A stretch of DNA of 62,720 nucleotides, filler included, from Sphacelaria rigidula (lineage: Eukaryota), in assembly GCA_964200075.2 (NCBI GenBank). It is 8 parts of 8 records of this genome, joined end to end, with 100 filler letters (N's around TTAATTAATTAA, not from the genome) between each part and the next. Parts side by side here need not be neighbours in the genome. Positions count along the whole stretch, not along the records: positions 54,970 to 62,720 come from CAXNAA020013574.1; 7 more parts are not named here. One strand, 5' to 3'. Below the pieces are notes generated by a model that searched no databases, had not been told where the DNA came from, and worked only from the letters and a program-made list of their open reading frames with translations. Below are positions 62,569-62,720 of this stretch, one piece after another; the stretch's first letter is position 1, and each line of letters opens with the position of its first letter. The position numbers and the translations under genes were made by a program.

Positions 62569-62720
62569 GTAGTAAATAAACAAAAGGGAGCACACGTGGA
62601 CAGATAGCACCCTGTGGAGGGGGTCTACAGGGTTCACGTACCCTGCGCAGTGTTTCTGGCGGGAATTTCACTGTACAGTGTTTTCCAGCGTAGCACAGGA
62701 CGCTCCACAGGGTTTCCCTA

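Overview
This is eukaryotic, intron-rich, transposon-dense DNA. It most resembles a brown alga or other stramenopile, inferred from the Roc-COR gene style, exon structure and repeats. The window is not one locus. It is eight unrelated contigs of 7751-7754 bp, sorted by size and joined by artificial 100-bp spacers (44N-TTAATTAATTAA-44N), so synteny across spacers is meaningless. Splicing exons by hand gives partial host genes: a PPR protein (contig 2), a bacterial-type soluble pyridine nucleotide transhydrogenase sthA/udhA with spliceosomal introns (contig 3), the Roc-COR/C-terminal half of a ROCO GTPase (contig 6), and two weaker unknown genes. Mobile elements include a decayed chromodomain Ty3/Gypsy with its 3' LTR (contig 5), the 5' half of a Ty3/Gypsy with a very long repeat-bearing gag region (contig 8), a fossil Kolobok-like transposase (contig 1), a four-level nest of five MITE-like elements with empty-site homologues in the window (contig 4), a hAT MITE, and tRNA-derived SINE-like sequences. 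I found no CRISPR array, rRNA or operon-like system. All family assignments come from motif recognition by eye and need HMM/BLAST confirmation.
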